A stretch of 64,000 nucleotides of DNA, from the NCBI GenBank assembly GCA_965216565.1, contig OZ244170.1, forward strand, positions 4,160,001 to 4,224,000. The letters run 5' to 3'. Of this stretch, positions 20,441 to 30,746 are shown piece after piece. The translations under genes and the position numbers were made by a program. Within the stretch, counting starts at the first letter, position 1, and every line of letters begins with the position of its first letter. This stretch comes from Bythopirellula sp. (GTDB taxonomy: Bacteria; Planctomycetota; Planctomycetia; Pirellulales; Lacipirellulaceae). The notes under the pieces were generated by a model. That model made no database searches. It was not told the origin of the DNA and was given only the letters and a program-made list of their open reading frames with translations.

Positions 20441-22294
20441 TCACTCCCCCAGCACTTCGTCAATTTTCTCCACGATCTCTGCTACGTTGAAAGGCTTGCC
20501 TTGGATCTTCGTCAGGCCGATCGTGTCGATTAAAAAGTCGTTGCGAATCATCACGCTCAATTGGCCGAGGTTCAATTCGGGAATTAGAATGTTCTTGAAA
20601 TTCCCCAGGATCTCTTCCAAATTCTTTGGGAATGGATGGATATAACGCAGGTGGCAATGGCTGACGCTCTTGCCGGCTTGTTGCGATTGGTGCACCGCGG
20701 TCGCACACGCCCCGTACGTGCCACCCCAGCTCAGAACCAGCAAGTCGCCGCTGTCGGGGCCATCTAGTTCTTGCAGTGGCACGTTGTCGGCAATTCGCTG
20801 CACTTTCTCTGCGCGAATCTTGCACATGTGCTCGTGATTCTCGGGATCGTAACTCACGTTGCCCGTGCCGTCTTGTTTTTCCAAGCCGCCAATGCGATGC
20901 ATCAAGCCAGGCGTGCCGGGGATCGCCCAAGGACGGGCCAAGAGTTCGTCGCGTTTGTACGGCAAAAACTCGTCGCCGTTTTCCATCGGGCCGGGATGAT
21001 TTACCTCGACCGAGGGAAGTTCGTCGATCTCGGGGATTCGCCAAGGCTCTGAGCCGTTCGCCAAGTATCCGTCCGTTAAAATCATGACGGGGGTCATAAA
21101 GCGGACGGCTAGCCGCCAAGCTTCTTGGGCCACATCGAAACAGTCGCCCGGGCTGCGAGCGGCGATAATCGGCATGGGACATTCGCCGTTGCGACCATAC
21201 ATGGCCTGGAACAGGTCGGCCTGCTCCGTTTTCGTTGGCAAGCCCGTGGAAGGACCGCCCCGCTGCACATTAATCACCAGCATCGGCAGTTCTGTCATCA
21301 CGGCCAATCCCAACGCTTCGCCCTTGAGGGCAATGCCGGGGCCGGAACTGGCAGTCACTGAAAGCTCGCCGGCAAACGCGGCACCGATCGCTGCGGTCAC
21401 TGCGGCAATTTCGTCCTCAGCCTGGAACGTCAACACATCGAAGTGCTTATGCTTTGCCAGCTCGTGCAAGATGTCGCTCGCCGGCGTAATGGGATAGGCA
21501 CCCAGGAACAAACGCTTATTGCTGCGCTGGGCGGCCGTGAGCAAACCCCAAGCCAGGGCGGTATTGCCCATCATGTTTCGATAGGTGCCCGGCGGCAATT
21601 TCGCGGGGCCGACGTGGTACTGGGTGTTGATCGCCTCGACGGTCTCGCCGTAATTGAAACCTGCCTTCAGCGCTGCCGTATTGGCCTGGGCCACGTCGGG
21701 CCGTTTGCCAAACTTGTTTTCAATAAACCGCAGCGTCGGATCGAGCGACCGATCGTACAGCCAAAACACCAAACCCATCGCAAAGAAGTTGCGGCAGCGG
21801 TCGGCTTCTTTCTGACTGAGTCCGAGTCCTTCAACGGCCAGACGAGTGAGTTTGGTCATCTCGACGGTGTGTAGCTTATAGCCTTCCAGGCTGCCATCTT
21901 CGGTTGGGTCGGTTTCGTAGCCCGCTTGTCCGAGCCCCTTCTTTTCGAAGGCGTCTTTGTTTACCAGCAGAATGCCGCCTTTGCGGAGATCTTCGAGGTT
22001 CGTCACCAACGCCGCCGGATTCATGGCCACGAGAGCATCGACCGTATCGCCAGGCGTATAAATCTCGTTGCTGGAAAAATGAATCTGAAATCCACTCACA
22101 CCCGCCTTGGTACCACGCGGAGCGCGAATTTCTGCGGGGAAATCTGGGAACGTTGCAACATCGTTCCCCAAGAGTGCAGAAGTGTTGGTGAACTGGGTTC
22201 CGGCAAGCTGCATGCCGTCCCCCGAGTCGCCACAGAATCGGACGGTTGCTTCTTCGATATTGCTAATAGACTTCGCTTCAGCTGTGGTTGCCAT
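20441..22294 (-). CDS. korA: 2-oxoacid:acceptor oxidoreductase, alpha subunit (gamma-alpha fusion)
   Basis: [37 protein letters not shown]. Confidence 0.9.
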   Translation of the reverse strand: MATTAEAKSISNIEEATVRFCGDSGDGMQLAGTQFTNTSALLGNDVATFPDFPAEIRAPRGTKAGVSGFQIHFSSNEIYTPGDTVDALVAMNPAALVTNLEDLRKGGILLVNKDAFEKKGLGQAGYETDPTEDGSLEGYKLHTVEMTKLTRLAVEGLGLSQKEADRCRNFFAMGLVFWLYDRSLDPTLRFIENKFGKRPDVAQANTAALKAGFNYGETVEAINTQYHVGPAKLPPGTYRNMMGNTALAWGLLTAAQRSNKRLFLGAYPITPASDILHELAKHKHFDVLTFQAEDEIAAVTAAIGAAFAGELSVTASSGPGIALKGEALGLAVMTELPMLVINVQRGGPSTGLPTKTEQADLFQAMYGRNGECPMPIIAARSPGDCFDVAQEAWRLAVRFMTPVMILTDGYLANGSEPWRIPEIDELPSVEVNHPGPMENGDEFLPYKRDELLARPWAIPGTPGLMHRIGGLEKQDGTGNVSYDPENHEHMCKIRAEKVQRIADNVPLQELDGPDSGDLLVLSWGGTYGACATAVHQSQQAGKSVSHCHLRYIHPFPKNLEEILGNFKNILIPELNLGQLSVMIRNDFLIDTIGLTKIQGKPFNVAEIVEKIDEVLGE

Positions 22295-22384
22295 GGTTGG
22301 CTAGTTGTCCTTGGAATCAATGTGAGGCTTGGAGTGGGAGAGTCATGGTGTGAATGATCGCGGAAAGGAATCGCTCGCCAGAAC

Positions 22385-22891
22385 CTAGGCACCTTCGCGT
22401 TCGCTGGGTGTACTGCTCGGTTCGGGCGGCAGATTGTAAATCGTCTGGGGGAAGTGATCGACCAGGTAGTGGATGATTCCCTTAAACGATGCCAGCCCTT
22501 GCGGCTTGCCATCCTCGGCCACAATCGGCATGCGTCGATAGTGGCCTTCAGACATTTGGCGAATTGCGGCGCCAACGGTATCGCCCGCATTGAGCGTTTT
22601 CAGATCGCTGCTCATCAGTTCCGAGATCGGAATGTCGGAACTCTTACCCGACGCCATCCAAATGAGTGCGTCGCGCTCCGTGAAGATGCCCACGAGCTTA
22701 TCGTCATCGCAAACAAGCGCGCTGGCAACGCGGTTGTTCTTAATTAGGCCGAGCACTGCGCCGACCGTATTCTCGGGAGAAACCAATAAAGGTTCGGTGG
22801 GGTAGGCAGCCGTCACCTTGTCGGTGTTGAGGCTGAGATGAAAACTCACGGCTTGGGTGCCTTTTGATCCGTTACTGCGGGGTGTCGTCAA
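22385..22891 (-). CDS. CBS-pair protein
   Basis: GIFTERD, GHYRRMPIV. Confidence 0.85.
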   Translation of the reverse strand: MTTPRSNGSKGTQAVSFHLSLNTDKVTAAYPTEPLLVSPENTVGAVLGLIKNNRVASALVCDDDKLVGIFTERDALIWMASGKSSDIPISELMSSDLKTLNAGDTVGAAIRQMSEGHYRRMPIVAEDGKPQGLASFKGIIHYLVDHFPQTIYNLPPEPSSTPSEREGA

Positions 22892-23060
22892 TCAAAGGTG
22901 ACGAGCGTACCATCAAGAAAATTTACCATCTACGGCAGACCCTTAGAACAGCAAAAAGTCTCGGAATCGCGGGATTTCGGATATGGGAGAGTCGATTGCG
23001 GATATCCGATTTCTGATCTCTCCATGCCGATGGAGGACAAGGGCTCGAGGGCGACCTGCT

Positions 23061-23153
23061 AAGGCAGCCCCATCGGGGCGACAGGGAGTAGCCAGGGGCG
23101 GGACTCCCCGGGATCCTAGGTACCGATACGACGCTAGCCCTGAAAGGGCGACA
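23061..23153. repeat. REP-like element (AGCCCCATCGGGGCGACA ... AGCCCTGAAAGGGCGACA)
   Basis: Two related short hairpins, each followed by GACA. Confidence 0.5.
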
Positions 23154-23189
23154 CACTGACGCGTCAAACGTCACACCCCGTAAGATTTC

Positions 23190-23218
23190 TTGCCCCAACC
23201 TCAGCAAGCGGTTATCCT
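23190..23218 (+). promoter_or_regulatory. Putative sigma70 promoter TTGCCC-N17-TATCCT
   Basis: Identical hexamers and 17-bp spacing, with different spacer sequence, recur at 25146-25174. Confidence 0.6.
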
Positions 23219-23259
23219 CAAGGGTGGTTGAGAGACCAAGAACGTCCACGAAACAAACC

Positions 23260-23358
23260 GAGTTAGAACCAACGCCAGCCGCCACCAATCCAAGCACCCG
23301 CGTCACCCCAAGGGGGTGGGCCCCCGGTGCCAAGATTGGTGGCGGCTTTTTTCGTGCG
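23260..23358 (+). promoter_or_regulatory. Conserved structured leader (long hairpin + U tract), copy 1
   Basis: AGCCGCCACCAATC/GATTGGTGGCGGCT 14-bp stem enclosing GCACC/GGTGC and CACCCC/GGGGTG stems, then TTTTTCGTGCG. Confidence 0.65.
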
Positions 23359-23405
23359 AGTCAAGACACTTCGTTCTACCAACACGCACTTGGAGAGAAT
23401 TAAAT

Positions 23406-24980
23406 TTGCATAAGAAATATTGCACATGGTTGGCCATTGTGTTGCTGGCACTCGCCGCTAGTGAGAATACCTGGGCGGAGTTTCGGTACGACGTTGTTGC
23501 TGTCACCGGCGATGCCGTGCCAGATGGGAATGGGACGTTCCTTGGCTTTGGATTGCCTTCACTAAACGACTCTCGCCAGGTTGCATTTTTCGCTCAGCTC
23601 AAAGACACTACCGAAGGCTCTTTGGACAACACTGGCCTATACCGCAGTGACGGCACCAGCAGTCTACTTCAAGTCGCGCGTGCAAGTGACCTTGCACCTA
23701 ATGGTAACGGCACCTTTTTTGAACTCCATCGTCCCTCACTGAATAACGATGGCCAAGTTGCATTTCGTAGCGTCCTCATCGGAACGAATGGTGGCGATAG
23801 CGACAATGTAGGACTTTATCTTTACGAAGACTTTATCGGCACTACCCAAGTAGTGCGGACGGGCAACTCGGGTCTCAACGGTACGAGTATTGTCTCAAGT
23901 CTCGGAAACCCAGCCTTGAACAACACGGGTCAAGTTCTCTTTCGTGGTGGATTCACTAATACCAGCGACTACGAGATCGAAGTTGGCTTCTTTCGGATTG
24001 ACAGCACCCAGAGCATCACTCCTATCGTTTTGGAAGGCGACTCCGTGCCAGATGGCAATGGCAGTATCGCACTAATTATTCCCCTAGACTTCAACGATAT
24101 GGGGCAGTTCGTGTTTGGGGGAAGGCTCAGCAACACGATAGGTGGGCTCAGTGATAGTTTCGGTACCTTCCGTGGCGAGGGTCCGGGCACACTGGACCAA
24201 GTCGTCCGCAAAGCAAGTGCAACTTCTGTCAGCAGCGGAAAATTCACAAATATAGGCCCCGCATTGATGAACGGTGGGGGGCAGGTCGCGTTGTTCCTTA
24301 ACTTGGGCGATACAAGCCGTTTTCCTAGTGACGATACAGGACTCTACTTGTACGATGATCTTGTTGGACTCAAGCAGGTGCTTCGTGCTGGTGACCTAGC
24401 ACCGAATGCCAATGGTGAATTTCTCTATTTTGACTACCGTTTCCAGGGACCTCTGATAAACGATGTCGGTCAGATCGCCTTTCCAGCCCGCGTAGGCACC
24501 AACATTCTCACCGATTTCCACCGGGGTCTGTTCATAACAGATAGCTCGGGCAGCACAAAACAGATCGCACTTGCTGGGAACACTGTTCCAGAGGGCAATG
24601 GTGAGTTCTCAACATTCGAGAATCTAGCATTCTCCAATTCTGGTCAACTCGCTTTTGAAGCAAACCTGGCAGGCACTAGTGATACCAGCAGCGATGACAA
24701 AGGACTCTATCTATACGATGATTATGCCGGGTTAACTCTTGTCGCGCGAACCGGTGGCAGCTTCCTCGACAGCATCATTGTTGATGCGAATTTCCTGAGC
24801 GGAACCCACGGGATTAACGATGGAGAGAGGGGACTGAACGATCACAGTCAGTTGGCCTATCAATTTACACTCGCCGACGGTCGCCAGGGCATCGCTATCG
24901 CGACGCTTGTCCCCGAGCCGAGCACGTTGCTGTTGAGCCTGCTGGCCAGCGTTACTTGGCTCTATAGAAAACGCGACTAG
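23406..24980 (+). CDS. PEP-CTERM surface protein with tandem NxxGxxAF repeats
   Basis: Signal peptide; repeats LNDSRQVAF, LNNDGQVAF, INDVGQIAF; C-terminal VPEPST + TM + RKR; TTG start after GGAGAG. Confidence 0.85.
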   Translation: MHKKYCTWLAIVLLALAASENTWAEFRYDVVAVTGDAVPDGNGTFLGFGLPSLNDSRQVAFFAQLKDTTEGSLDNTGLYRSDGTSSLLQVARASDLAPNGNGTFFELHRPSLNNDGQVAFRSVLIGTNGGDSDNVGLYLYEDFIGTTQVVRTGNSGLNGTSIVSSLGNPALNNTGQVLFRGGFTNTSDYEIEVGFFRIDSTQSITPIVLEGDSVPDGNGSIALIIPLDFNDMGQFVFGGRLSNTIGGLSDSFGTFRGEGPGTLDQVVRKASATSVSSGKFTNIGPALMNGGGQVALFLNLGDTSRFPSDDTGLYLYDDLVGLKQVLRAGDLAPNANGEFLYFDYRFQGPLINDVGQIAFPARVGTNILTDFHRGLFITDSSGSTKQIALAGNTVPEGNGEFSTFENLAFSNSGQLAFEANLAGTSDTSSDDKGLYLYDDYAGLTLVARTGGSFLDSIIVDANFLSGTHGINDGERGLNDHSQLAYQFTLADGRQGIAIATLVPEPSTLLLSLLASVTWLYRKRD

Positions 24981-25051
24981 CCGGACTGTTACTTTCTATC
25001 CGCCTTGGTGGGCGGTCCGGCGCACTCCGGAGGCAAGTGTGCCTCCGGCTA
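24978..25051. repeat. Downstream repeat ending in palindrome CCGGAGGCAAGTGTGCCTCCGGCTA
   Basis: Repeated at 26920-26993; the palindrome also occurs inverted at 35562-35586. Confidence 0.75.
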
Positions 25052-25145
25052 GCGAGCTGTAAGAGGACTTTTGGTCGCTAAATGCTTCTACCCACCTGAG
25101 TTTTGCTGGTTGTTACATACCGAACGTCGCACCGCACAATTTTCC

Positions 25146-25174
25146 TTGCCCGCTGACGCGGGAACGGCTATCCT
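25146..25174 (+). promoter_or_regulatory. Putative sigma70 promoter TTGCCC-N17-TATCCT
   Basis: Conserved with 23190-23218. Confidence 0.6.
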
Positions 25175-25214
25175 GAAGGGCAGTTAGCAGATAGGAATTC
25201 CACACTCCGTTCCT

Positions 25215-25314
25215 GAGTTAGAACTAACGCCAAGCCGTCACCAATCCAAGCACCCAAGTCACCCCAAGGGGGTGGGCTCCCGGTGCCAAGATTGGTGGCG
25301 GCTTTTTTCGTGCG
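25215..25314 (+). promoter_or_regulatory. Conserved structured leader, copy 2
   Basis: Near-identical to 23260-23358; differences fall in loops or give a G-U pair. Confidence 0.65.
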
Positions 25315-25362
25315 CGGGTCACGAGCTATCGTTCCAAACATTGCCATCTGGGGAGATCTGTT

Positions 25363-26922
25363 TTGCAAAAGCCAGCCTATGTGCTCTTGTCGATCGTGTT
25401 GCCGGCATTGGTCACCGTCCATTCTACTCAGGCGCAATTTCGGTATGACGTTGTTGCTGTCACCGGTGATGCCGTGCCCAATGGAAACGGCGCTTTCACA
25501 ACTTTCTCGGTACCGACACTTAACGAGGTCGGTCAGGTTGCGTTTAGTAATGTTCTTAGCGATCCCAATAGTAGTAATGACATCGCAAGTGTTTACCGCG
25601 GTGATAGCACTGGCAATCTCGTAGAGCTTGCCCGCTCGGGCGATGCCGCCCCCGATGGCAACGGTATATTTTCAAGCTTTGGCTTTCCCAGCCTCAACGA
25701 TTCAGGACAGAGCGCATTTCGAACTGGGCTCACTGGCACAGTCGGAGCGAGCAGCGATGACACAGGGATTTTTCGAAGCGATGGCACAGGAAACGTCGTG
25801 CAGATCTTCCGCGAAGGCGACGCTGCACCCGATGGCAACGGTACCTTATCGAATATTGGTTCCGACTCCGATCTAAGCAATGCGGGCGATGCCCTTTTCA
25901 GTGGTTTGCTAAATGGCACCTCTGGGGGCAACACAGATCGATTCGGAATCTTTCGGAGCGATGGTACCAGCAGCCCTGTGCGAATCGCCCGCGCAGGCGA
26001 CGCTGCCCCCGATGGCAACGGTACTTTCAGTGGATTTAGTCAACCTAGATTGAACAATGCCGGGAAGGCGACATTTATCGGCTTCTTGGCCAACACCAGT
26101 AACGGTGGCGATGACGACACAGGGTTCTTTATTGGCGATGGCATTGGCGGACCGTCGCAAATTGTCCGCGGTGGCGAGGAGGCTCCCGATGGAAATGGAA
26201 CCTTCGCTGCTTTTTCGCGCACACACGATTTGAATGATGGGGGCCAGATCGCCTTCGTCGGCTTTTTCTCTGGCACCAGCGCCGGTACCGGCGATGACGA
26301 GGGCATCTTCGTCGGGGACGACTCAACAAGTCCCATACAGATCGCCCGGGCAGGCCAATCAGTGCCTAACGGCAATGGCGTCTTCACTGGTTTCGGGCCC
26401 CCCAGACTCAACGATAATGGTCAGACTGTGTTTTTTGGCGAGTTCACTACAACTACCGCAAGTCGAGGAGTCTTTCGGGGTGACGGTACCAACGCCCTTG
26501 TAGAGATTGCCCTTAGCGATGAAGCCGCCCCGGACGGAAACGGGGTTTTTTTTGGCTTTGGGACTCCCGACGTGAACAGCGCCGGTCAGATTGCTTTTGT
26601 CGGAACGCACATTCAGACGAACGAGGGCTCAAGCGACGACAGGGGGCTTTACTTCTACGATGATCTCGTGGGGTTGAAACAAGTCGTGCGCGAAGGAGAT
26701 GCTTTTCTGGGTAGTACCATCACCAGAATAGGATACCCAGGACCCGTAGGACGTCGGCTCGACATGCGGAGCGCGTTAAACGATCTCGGCCAGCTTGCCT
26801 ATCAATTCGAACTCGCCGACGGCCGCCAGGGCATTGCCATCGCGACGCTCGTCCCCGAGCCGAGCACGTTGCTGTTGGGCCTGCTGGCCAGCGGTACTTG
26901 GCTTTTTAGAAAACGCAGCTAG
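25363..26922 (+). CDS. PEP-CTERM surface protein with NxxGxxAF repeats (paralogue of 23406..24980)
   Basis: GDAAPDGNG repeats, LNEVGQVAF, VPEPST + TM + RKRS. Confidence 0.9.
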   Translation: MQKPAYVLLSIVLPALVTVHSTQAQFRYDVVAVTGDAVPNGNGAFTTFSVPTLNEVGQVAFSNVLSDPNSSNDIASVYRGDSTGNLVELARSGDAAPDGNGIFSSFGFPSLNDSGQSAFRTGLTGTVGASSDDTGIFRSDGTGNVVQIFREGDAAPDGNGTLSNIGSDSDLSNAGDALFSGLLNGTSGGNTDRFGIFRSDGTSSPVRIARAGDAAPDGNGTFSGFSQPRLNNAGKATFIGFLANTSNGGDDDTGFFIGDGIGGPSQIVRGGEEAPDGNGTFAAFSRTHDLNDGGQIAFVGFFSGTSAGTGDDEGIFVGDDSTSPIQIARAGQSVPNGNGVFTGFGPPRLNDNGQTVFFGEFTTTTASRGVFRGDGTNALVEIALSDEAAPDGNGVFFGFGTPDVNSAGQIAFVGTHIQTNEGSSDDRGLYFYDDLVGLKQVVREGDAFLGSTITRIGYPGPVGRRLDMRSALNDLGQLAYQFELADGRQGIAIATLVPEPSTLLLGLLASGTWLFRKRS

Positions 26923-27019
26923 CCGGACCGCTACTGTCTACCCGCCGTGGTGGGCGGTCCACGGCACTCCGGAGGCAAGTGTGCCTCCGGCTATTCAGTG
27001 ATTACCCTACTGTTGACAG

Positions 27020-27928
27020 CTATCCGATTCCCGGTGAGTTGTCATTGGGGTTGGCGTAGAACTTCTCCAGCTGGATCCCGCCCCGCTGCTCTTCCTCCAA
27101 TAGTTTGAGCCGCCCTTCGAGTTGCTCCACTCGCCGTGCCAGCACCGGGAGCAACCGCTCCTCGGGGTCGGCTTCCTTGGTGCGAGGCACTTCGGGATAA
27201 CCGAGTTGCCGGTGCAACGCCGCGAACATTACCAGGGGATCTTTCTGCCGATTGGCCCAAGCGATCCGGCCCTCGCGCGTGCCGAATAGGCGCGGTGCCT
27301 CTTGCTCCGTTTGCTCGTTGGTCGCAGTGCCAGACTGCCGCTCGCGACGCTCGTCGTAAAAGTCGCTTCGCACATAAATAAGATCGGCCAGTTCCACGAT
27401 GCCGATCTGACGGCGGACGATCAAGATCCAGTCTTGCCAGTTTTTGTCGAACGAAGGGTCCGCAGCCATGGCCTCCAGTCCCAGGTCGTAGCCCAATCGG
27501 TTGCGGCAAAGTGTTTCCAGCTGATAGAGAAACAACCCCTGCCGGGTGATCTCTGGTTCGGTGCGGTAGGCTGCTTCGCGAGACAGAATCTCCAGCCCCA
27601 CACGCAGGTCGAACCGGCTGCGGTCGTTTTCTGCTTCGCTCATCACATAACACTGAAACGGCGTAAAGTAATGCTGCAACTGTTTCATGCCGGTGGAAAA
27701 CATCCCCAGGTGCTTGAGCTCGGCCAATAGAAAGTCGATGGCCATGGGCAGCTTGGTCGTCGCCAGCACTTCTTCGCGGACAGAGACCAGCACGTCCTGC
27801 GCCGGCGTGTTGTCGGCCAATCGCTCGCCGAGAATGCGAAAAAAGTGGCTTTGCTCGACGTACTCTTCAGATTCCAAAGGAGAAAAGTTCTCTGGCGATG
27901 AGTTTTCGAGCGAGGCGGCATCACTCAT
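27020..27928 (-). CDS. Hypothetical protein with C-terminal coiled coil
   Basis: 302 aa, ATGA-coupled to the upstream hydrolase. Confidence 0.75.
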   Translation of the reverse strand: MSDAASLENSSPENFSPLESEEYVEQSHFFRILGERLADNTPAQDVLVSVREEVLATTKLPMAIDFLLAELKHLGMFSTGMKQLQHYFTPFQCYVMSEAENDRSRFDLRVGLEILSREAAYRTEPEITRQGLFLYQLETLCRNRLGYDLGLEAMAADPSFDKNWQDWILIVRRQIGIVELADLIYVRSDFYDERRERQSGTATNEQTEQEAPRLFGTREGRIAWANRQKDPLVMFAALHRQLGYPEVPRTKEADPEERLLPVLARRVEQLEGRLKLLEEEQRGGIQLEKFYANPNDNSPGIG

Positions 27929-28788
27929 GGCTGGGCCTCGGCGGAGAGATGCTCGCTCAAAAAGCGAACCGACTTTTTAAGTGCCCCGCGATCCATCACC
28001 GCAAACACGTGCCCCGTGTCCGGAACCATGTACAGTTCCGACGAGACACCAACGTCGCTCAACTTGCGGACCATCAGCTGGGGGCTTTCGACGGGCACCA
28101 AGGAGTCTTTCTCACCGTGGAAGAAAAACATCGGCGGGTCGTCGGAACTGATAAACGCTGCTGGGGACGCATTGCGATATTGCTCGGGCACCTCTCGACG
28201 GGTGCCTCCCAGCCAGAAGCTGAGCATGCGTTGATCTTCCGGCAACACGCGAAACTCGCAGGGCGCGCCGCCGCAGGCGACTGCCTGTAGCCCCGTGGGC
28301 AGTTCGTTTGTGGGCTCGCTAGTTGCCGAATCGCGTTTGGTGTGGGTGCCTAGCAGTGAGATGAGTTGCGCGCCGGCCGAGTAGCCAAAACCACCGATTC
28401 GCGCCGGATCGATTTTCAATTCTTGGGCTTCCTCGCGCATCCAAGCAAGTGCCGCGCGGCAGTCTTCGATTTGGGCGGGAAACTTATGCTTTGGCGCAAG
28501 CCGGTAGCTGATCGCAACGGCCGTGAAACCGTGGCGAGCGAACATTTGTGCTTGGGCCGAGAGCTGGGCCCGCGAGCCCAAGTGCCACGCCCCGCCATGC
28601 ACGACCAGAATTCCCGGGAAGGGCCCGTCGCCCTGGGGAGCGTAGACGTCGGCCTTGAGCGGTCCAGAATCGCGCTGGCAATAGACTTCGCCAAACCGCA
28701 TGTCGATTTCGCCGCCCCAGACTGCCCCGCAGCTGACAATACCGGCAAACACTGCCAAACCTAGGGATGAAAGACGAGTAAAGTTCAC
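27925..28788 (-). CDS. Secreted alpha/beta hydrolase (esterase/lipase)
   Basis: HGGAW, GYSAG nucleophile, HGEKD, GH. Confidence 0.9.
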   Translation of the reverse strand: MNFTRLSSLGLAVFAGIVSCGAVWGGEIDMRFGEVYCQRDSGPLKADVYAPQGDGPFPGILVVHGGAWHLGSRAQLSAQAQMFARHGFTAVAISYRLAPKHKFPAQIEDCRAALAWMREEAQELKIDPARIGGFGYSAGAQLISLLGTHTKRDSATSEPTNELPTGLQAVACGGAPCEFRVLPEDQRMLSFWLGGTRREVPEQYRNASPAAFISSDDPPMFFFHGEKDSLVPVESPQLMVRKLSDVGVSSELYMVPDTGHVFAVMDRGALKKSVRFLSEHLSAEAQP

Positions 28789-29187
28789 AGCTGGTTCTCC
28801 AGGACGATTGGTCGCACGCGCGAGTTGTTCTTATAATAGGCGGTTGGCGGTCGGACCATGTCGATTTCGCCCAATTCGCGGAATCGAACGGTTACCGTCC
28901 GCCCGACTCGCCTATTATATGCTAGCGGCCTTACTGGGACGCGATAAACCAAGGAGATGGGGGGATGTTGGAGATAGTCGGGATGGATCCCAGGTAAGGG
29001 CTGGGCTGAACATGAAGGCAGTATTCCTAGGCCGTGGATTTTATTGAAAAGCATTTCCAAGGATTCAAATAAACGACGACAAGTTGACTCTCGAACAATT
29101 CGCAACGCGTATACCCACAGCAAGCCATCCCCAATATCCCCACCCTCCCCCTATCTCCTTCCCAAACAAACCCCTGATTTAAAATCA

Positions 29188-30396
29188 ATGACAGACAATT
29201 TTTCAAAGATCGAAGAAGCAGTCGAAGCAATACGCACTGGCGGAGTTGCCGTTGTGGTGGACGCCGAGGATCGAGAAAACGAAGGCGATTTTATTTGTGC
29301 CGCCGAAAAAGTGACCACTGAAACGGTCAACTTTATGATCACTCACGGTCGCGGCCAACTATGCATGCCGATCCTTCCCGATGTAAGCGAGCGGCTTGAA
29401 TTGCACCCCATGGTGGAATCAAACACCGCCCCCTTGGGCACCAATTACACCGTGCCTGTCGACCACCGGACAGCACGCACCGGCATCACTGCCGCGGAAC
29501 GGGCCTGCACGATCAACGCGATTTGCGACCCGGCTAGCGTCCCCGCCGATTTTCATCGACCTGGACATCTCTTTCCGCTCGTCGCAAAAGAAGGCGGTGT
29601 GCTGCGTCGCGCCGGCCACACCGAGGCGGCCGTCGATTTGGCCCGAATGGCGGGCCTCAGCCCGGCCGGTTGTTTGTGCGAAATCCTCAACGAAAGTGGC
29701 GACCGCGCAGATCGGGACCAACTCCATGCGTTGGCTAAAGAGTTTGATCTGCCGTTGATTTCGATCGAACAACTCATCGCCTATCGCCGTGTCCGCGAAA
29801 AACTGGTTTATCGTCAAGCCGAAGCCAACTTGCCCACCAAGTATGGTCATGGAAAGATTATTGCTTATGGTGTGAAGTACGAATCGCAGCAGCCTGTAGC
29901 GTACGTGATTGGTGATCTCACCAAATCCACCGCCCCGTTGGTGCGATTGCACTCCTCGTGTTTCACTGGCGATCTGCTCGATTCCCTGCGCTGCGATTGC
30001 GGCGACCAACTGCATATGGCCCTCGACATGATTAGCCGCGAGGGCTGCGGCGTGCTGGTCTATCTTCCGCAAGAAGGGCGAGGCATTGGACTGGTGGAAA
30101 AGGTGAAGGCCTACAAACTGCAGGACGAAGGGCTCGACACGGTCGAGGCCAACCTGGCCCTGGGATTCAAAGCCGACCCCCGCGATTACGGTGTCGGCAT
30201 CCAGCTATTGAAAGATGTAGGGCTCAGTCGCGTGCGGCTGCTGACGAACAACCCCAAAAAGACCGACGCGTTTATCTACGGCGGTTTCGACCTGGAAGTC
30301 GTGGATCAAATTCCTATTGTGCCGCCAATCAACGAGCACAATGCGGAATACATGGCGACGAAGCGCGACAAGATGGGTCATCAATTACCGGATTAG
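29188..30396 (+). CDS. ribBA: Bifunctional DHBP synthase / GTP cyclohydrolase II
   Basis: DRENEGD, RAGHTEA, RLHSSCFTGD..RCDCG, QEGRGIG, LTNNP. Confidence 0.95.
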   Translation: MTDNFSKIEEAVEAIRTGGVAVVVDAEDRENEGDFICAAEKVTTETVNFMITHGRGQLCMPILPDVSERLELHPMVESNTAPLGTNYTVPVDHRTARTGITAAERACTINAICDPASVPADFHRPGHLFPLVAKEGGVLRRAGHTEAAVDLARMAGLSPAGCLCEILNESGDRADRDQLHALAKEFDLPLISIEQLIAYRRVREKLVYRQAEANLPTKYGHGKIIAYGVKYESQQPVAYVIGDLTKSTAPLVRLHSSCFTGDLLDSLRCDCGDQLHMALDMISREGCGVLVYLPQEGRGIGLVEKVKAYKLQDEGLDTVEANLALGFKADPRDYGVGIQLLKDVGLSRVRLLTNNPKKTDAFIYGGFDLEVVDQIPIVPPINEHNAEYMATKRDKMGHQLPD

Positions 30397-30418
30397 TTCT
30401 ACAGCGCTAGGTGAGACT

Positions 30419-30604
30419 GAAATGGGGACTGGCTCGTGATTGCGAAGTCCGGCGTTGAGATTTCTTAAGCGTTGCCGCAATCGCGTGCCTGTACCCATTT
30501 CCAACGGGGTTTATCAATGGCGAAAAATAGGGACAGGCACGACGACGCTGTTCGCGTAGGGGTTCAAACCGGCGTCGTGCGTCGAGCCAGTCCCTATTTT
30601 TCGC
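30419..30604. repeat. Two REP doublets of the GGGACAGGCAC / GAGCCAGTCCC family
   Basis: 30419-30501 and 30520-30604 are each bounded by imperfect inverted repeats; same family at about 40305, 42045-42128 and 52859-53038. Confidence 0.8.
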
Positions 30605-30632
30605 AAGAATGTCAGAGGCACTCGAACAAACC

Positions 30633-30691
30633 GTAGCTGGATTCGCAAGAATTCAGAAGCATTCGGGCTGAATTCTTGCGAATCCAGCTAC
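30633..30691. repeat. GTAG-type REP doublet
   Basis: Perfect 24-bp inverted repeat GTAGCTGGATTCGCAAGAATTCAG with an 11-bp spacer. Confidence 0.85.
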
Positions 30692-30746
30692 CTTCAAATC
30701 CAGCTACCTTCAAAGTGAATAGCTCAAGCTTCAGCCGGACATCTGC

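Noticed and set aside
22923..25437. Similar minus-strand ORFs 22923..23333, 23263..23451 and 25168..25437 (shared TKKAATNLGTG)
   Set aside because: The similarity comes from the duplicated non-coding leader
28790..29187. FMN riboswitch upstream of ribBA
   Set aside because: No RFN consensus recognised
30419..30714. CRISPR array (also considered at 40265-40393 and 13981-14027)
   Set aside because: Repeats are inverted pairs or simple tandem units without regular unique spacers; no cas genes in the window
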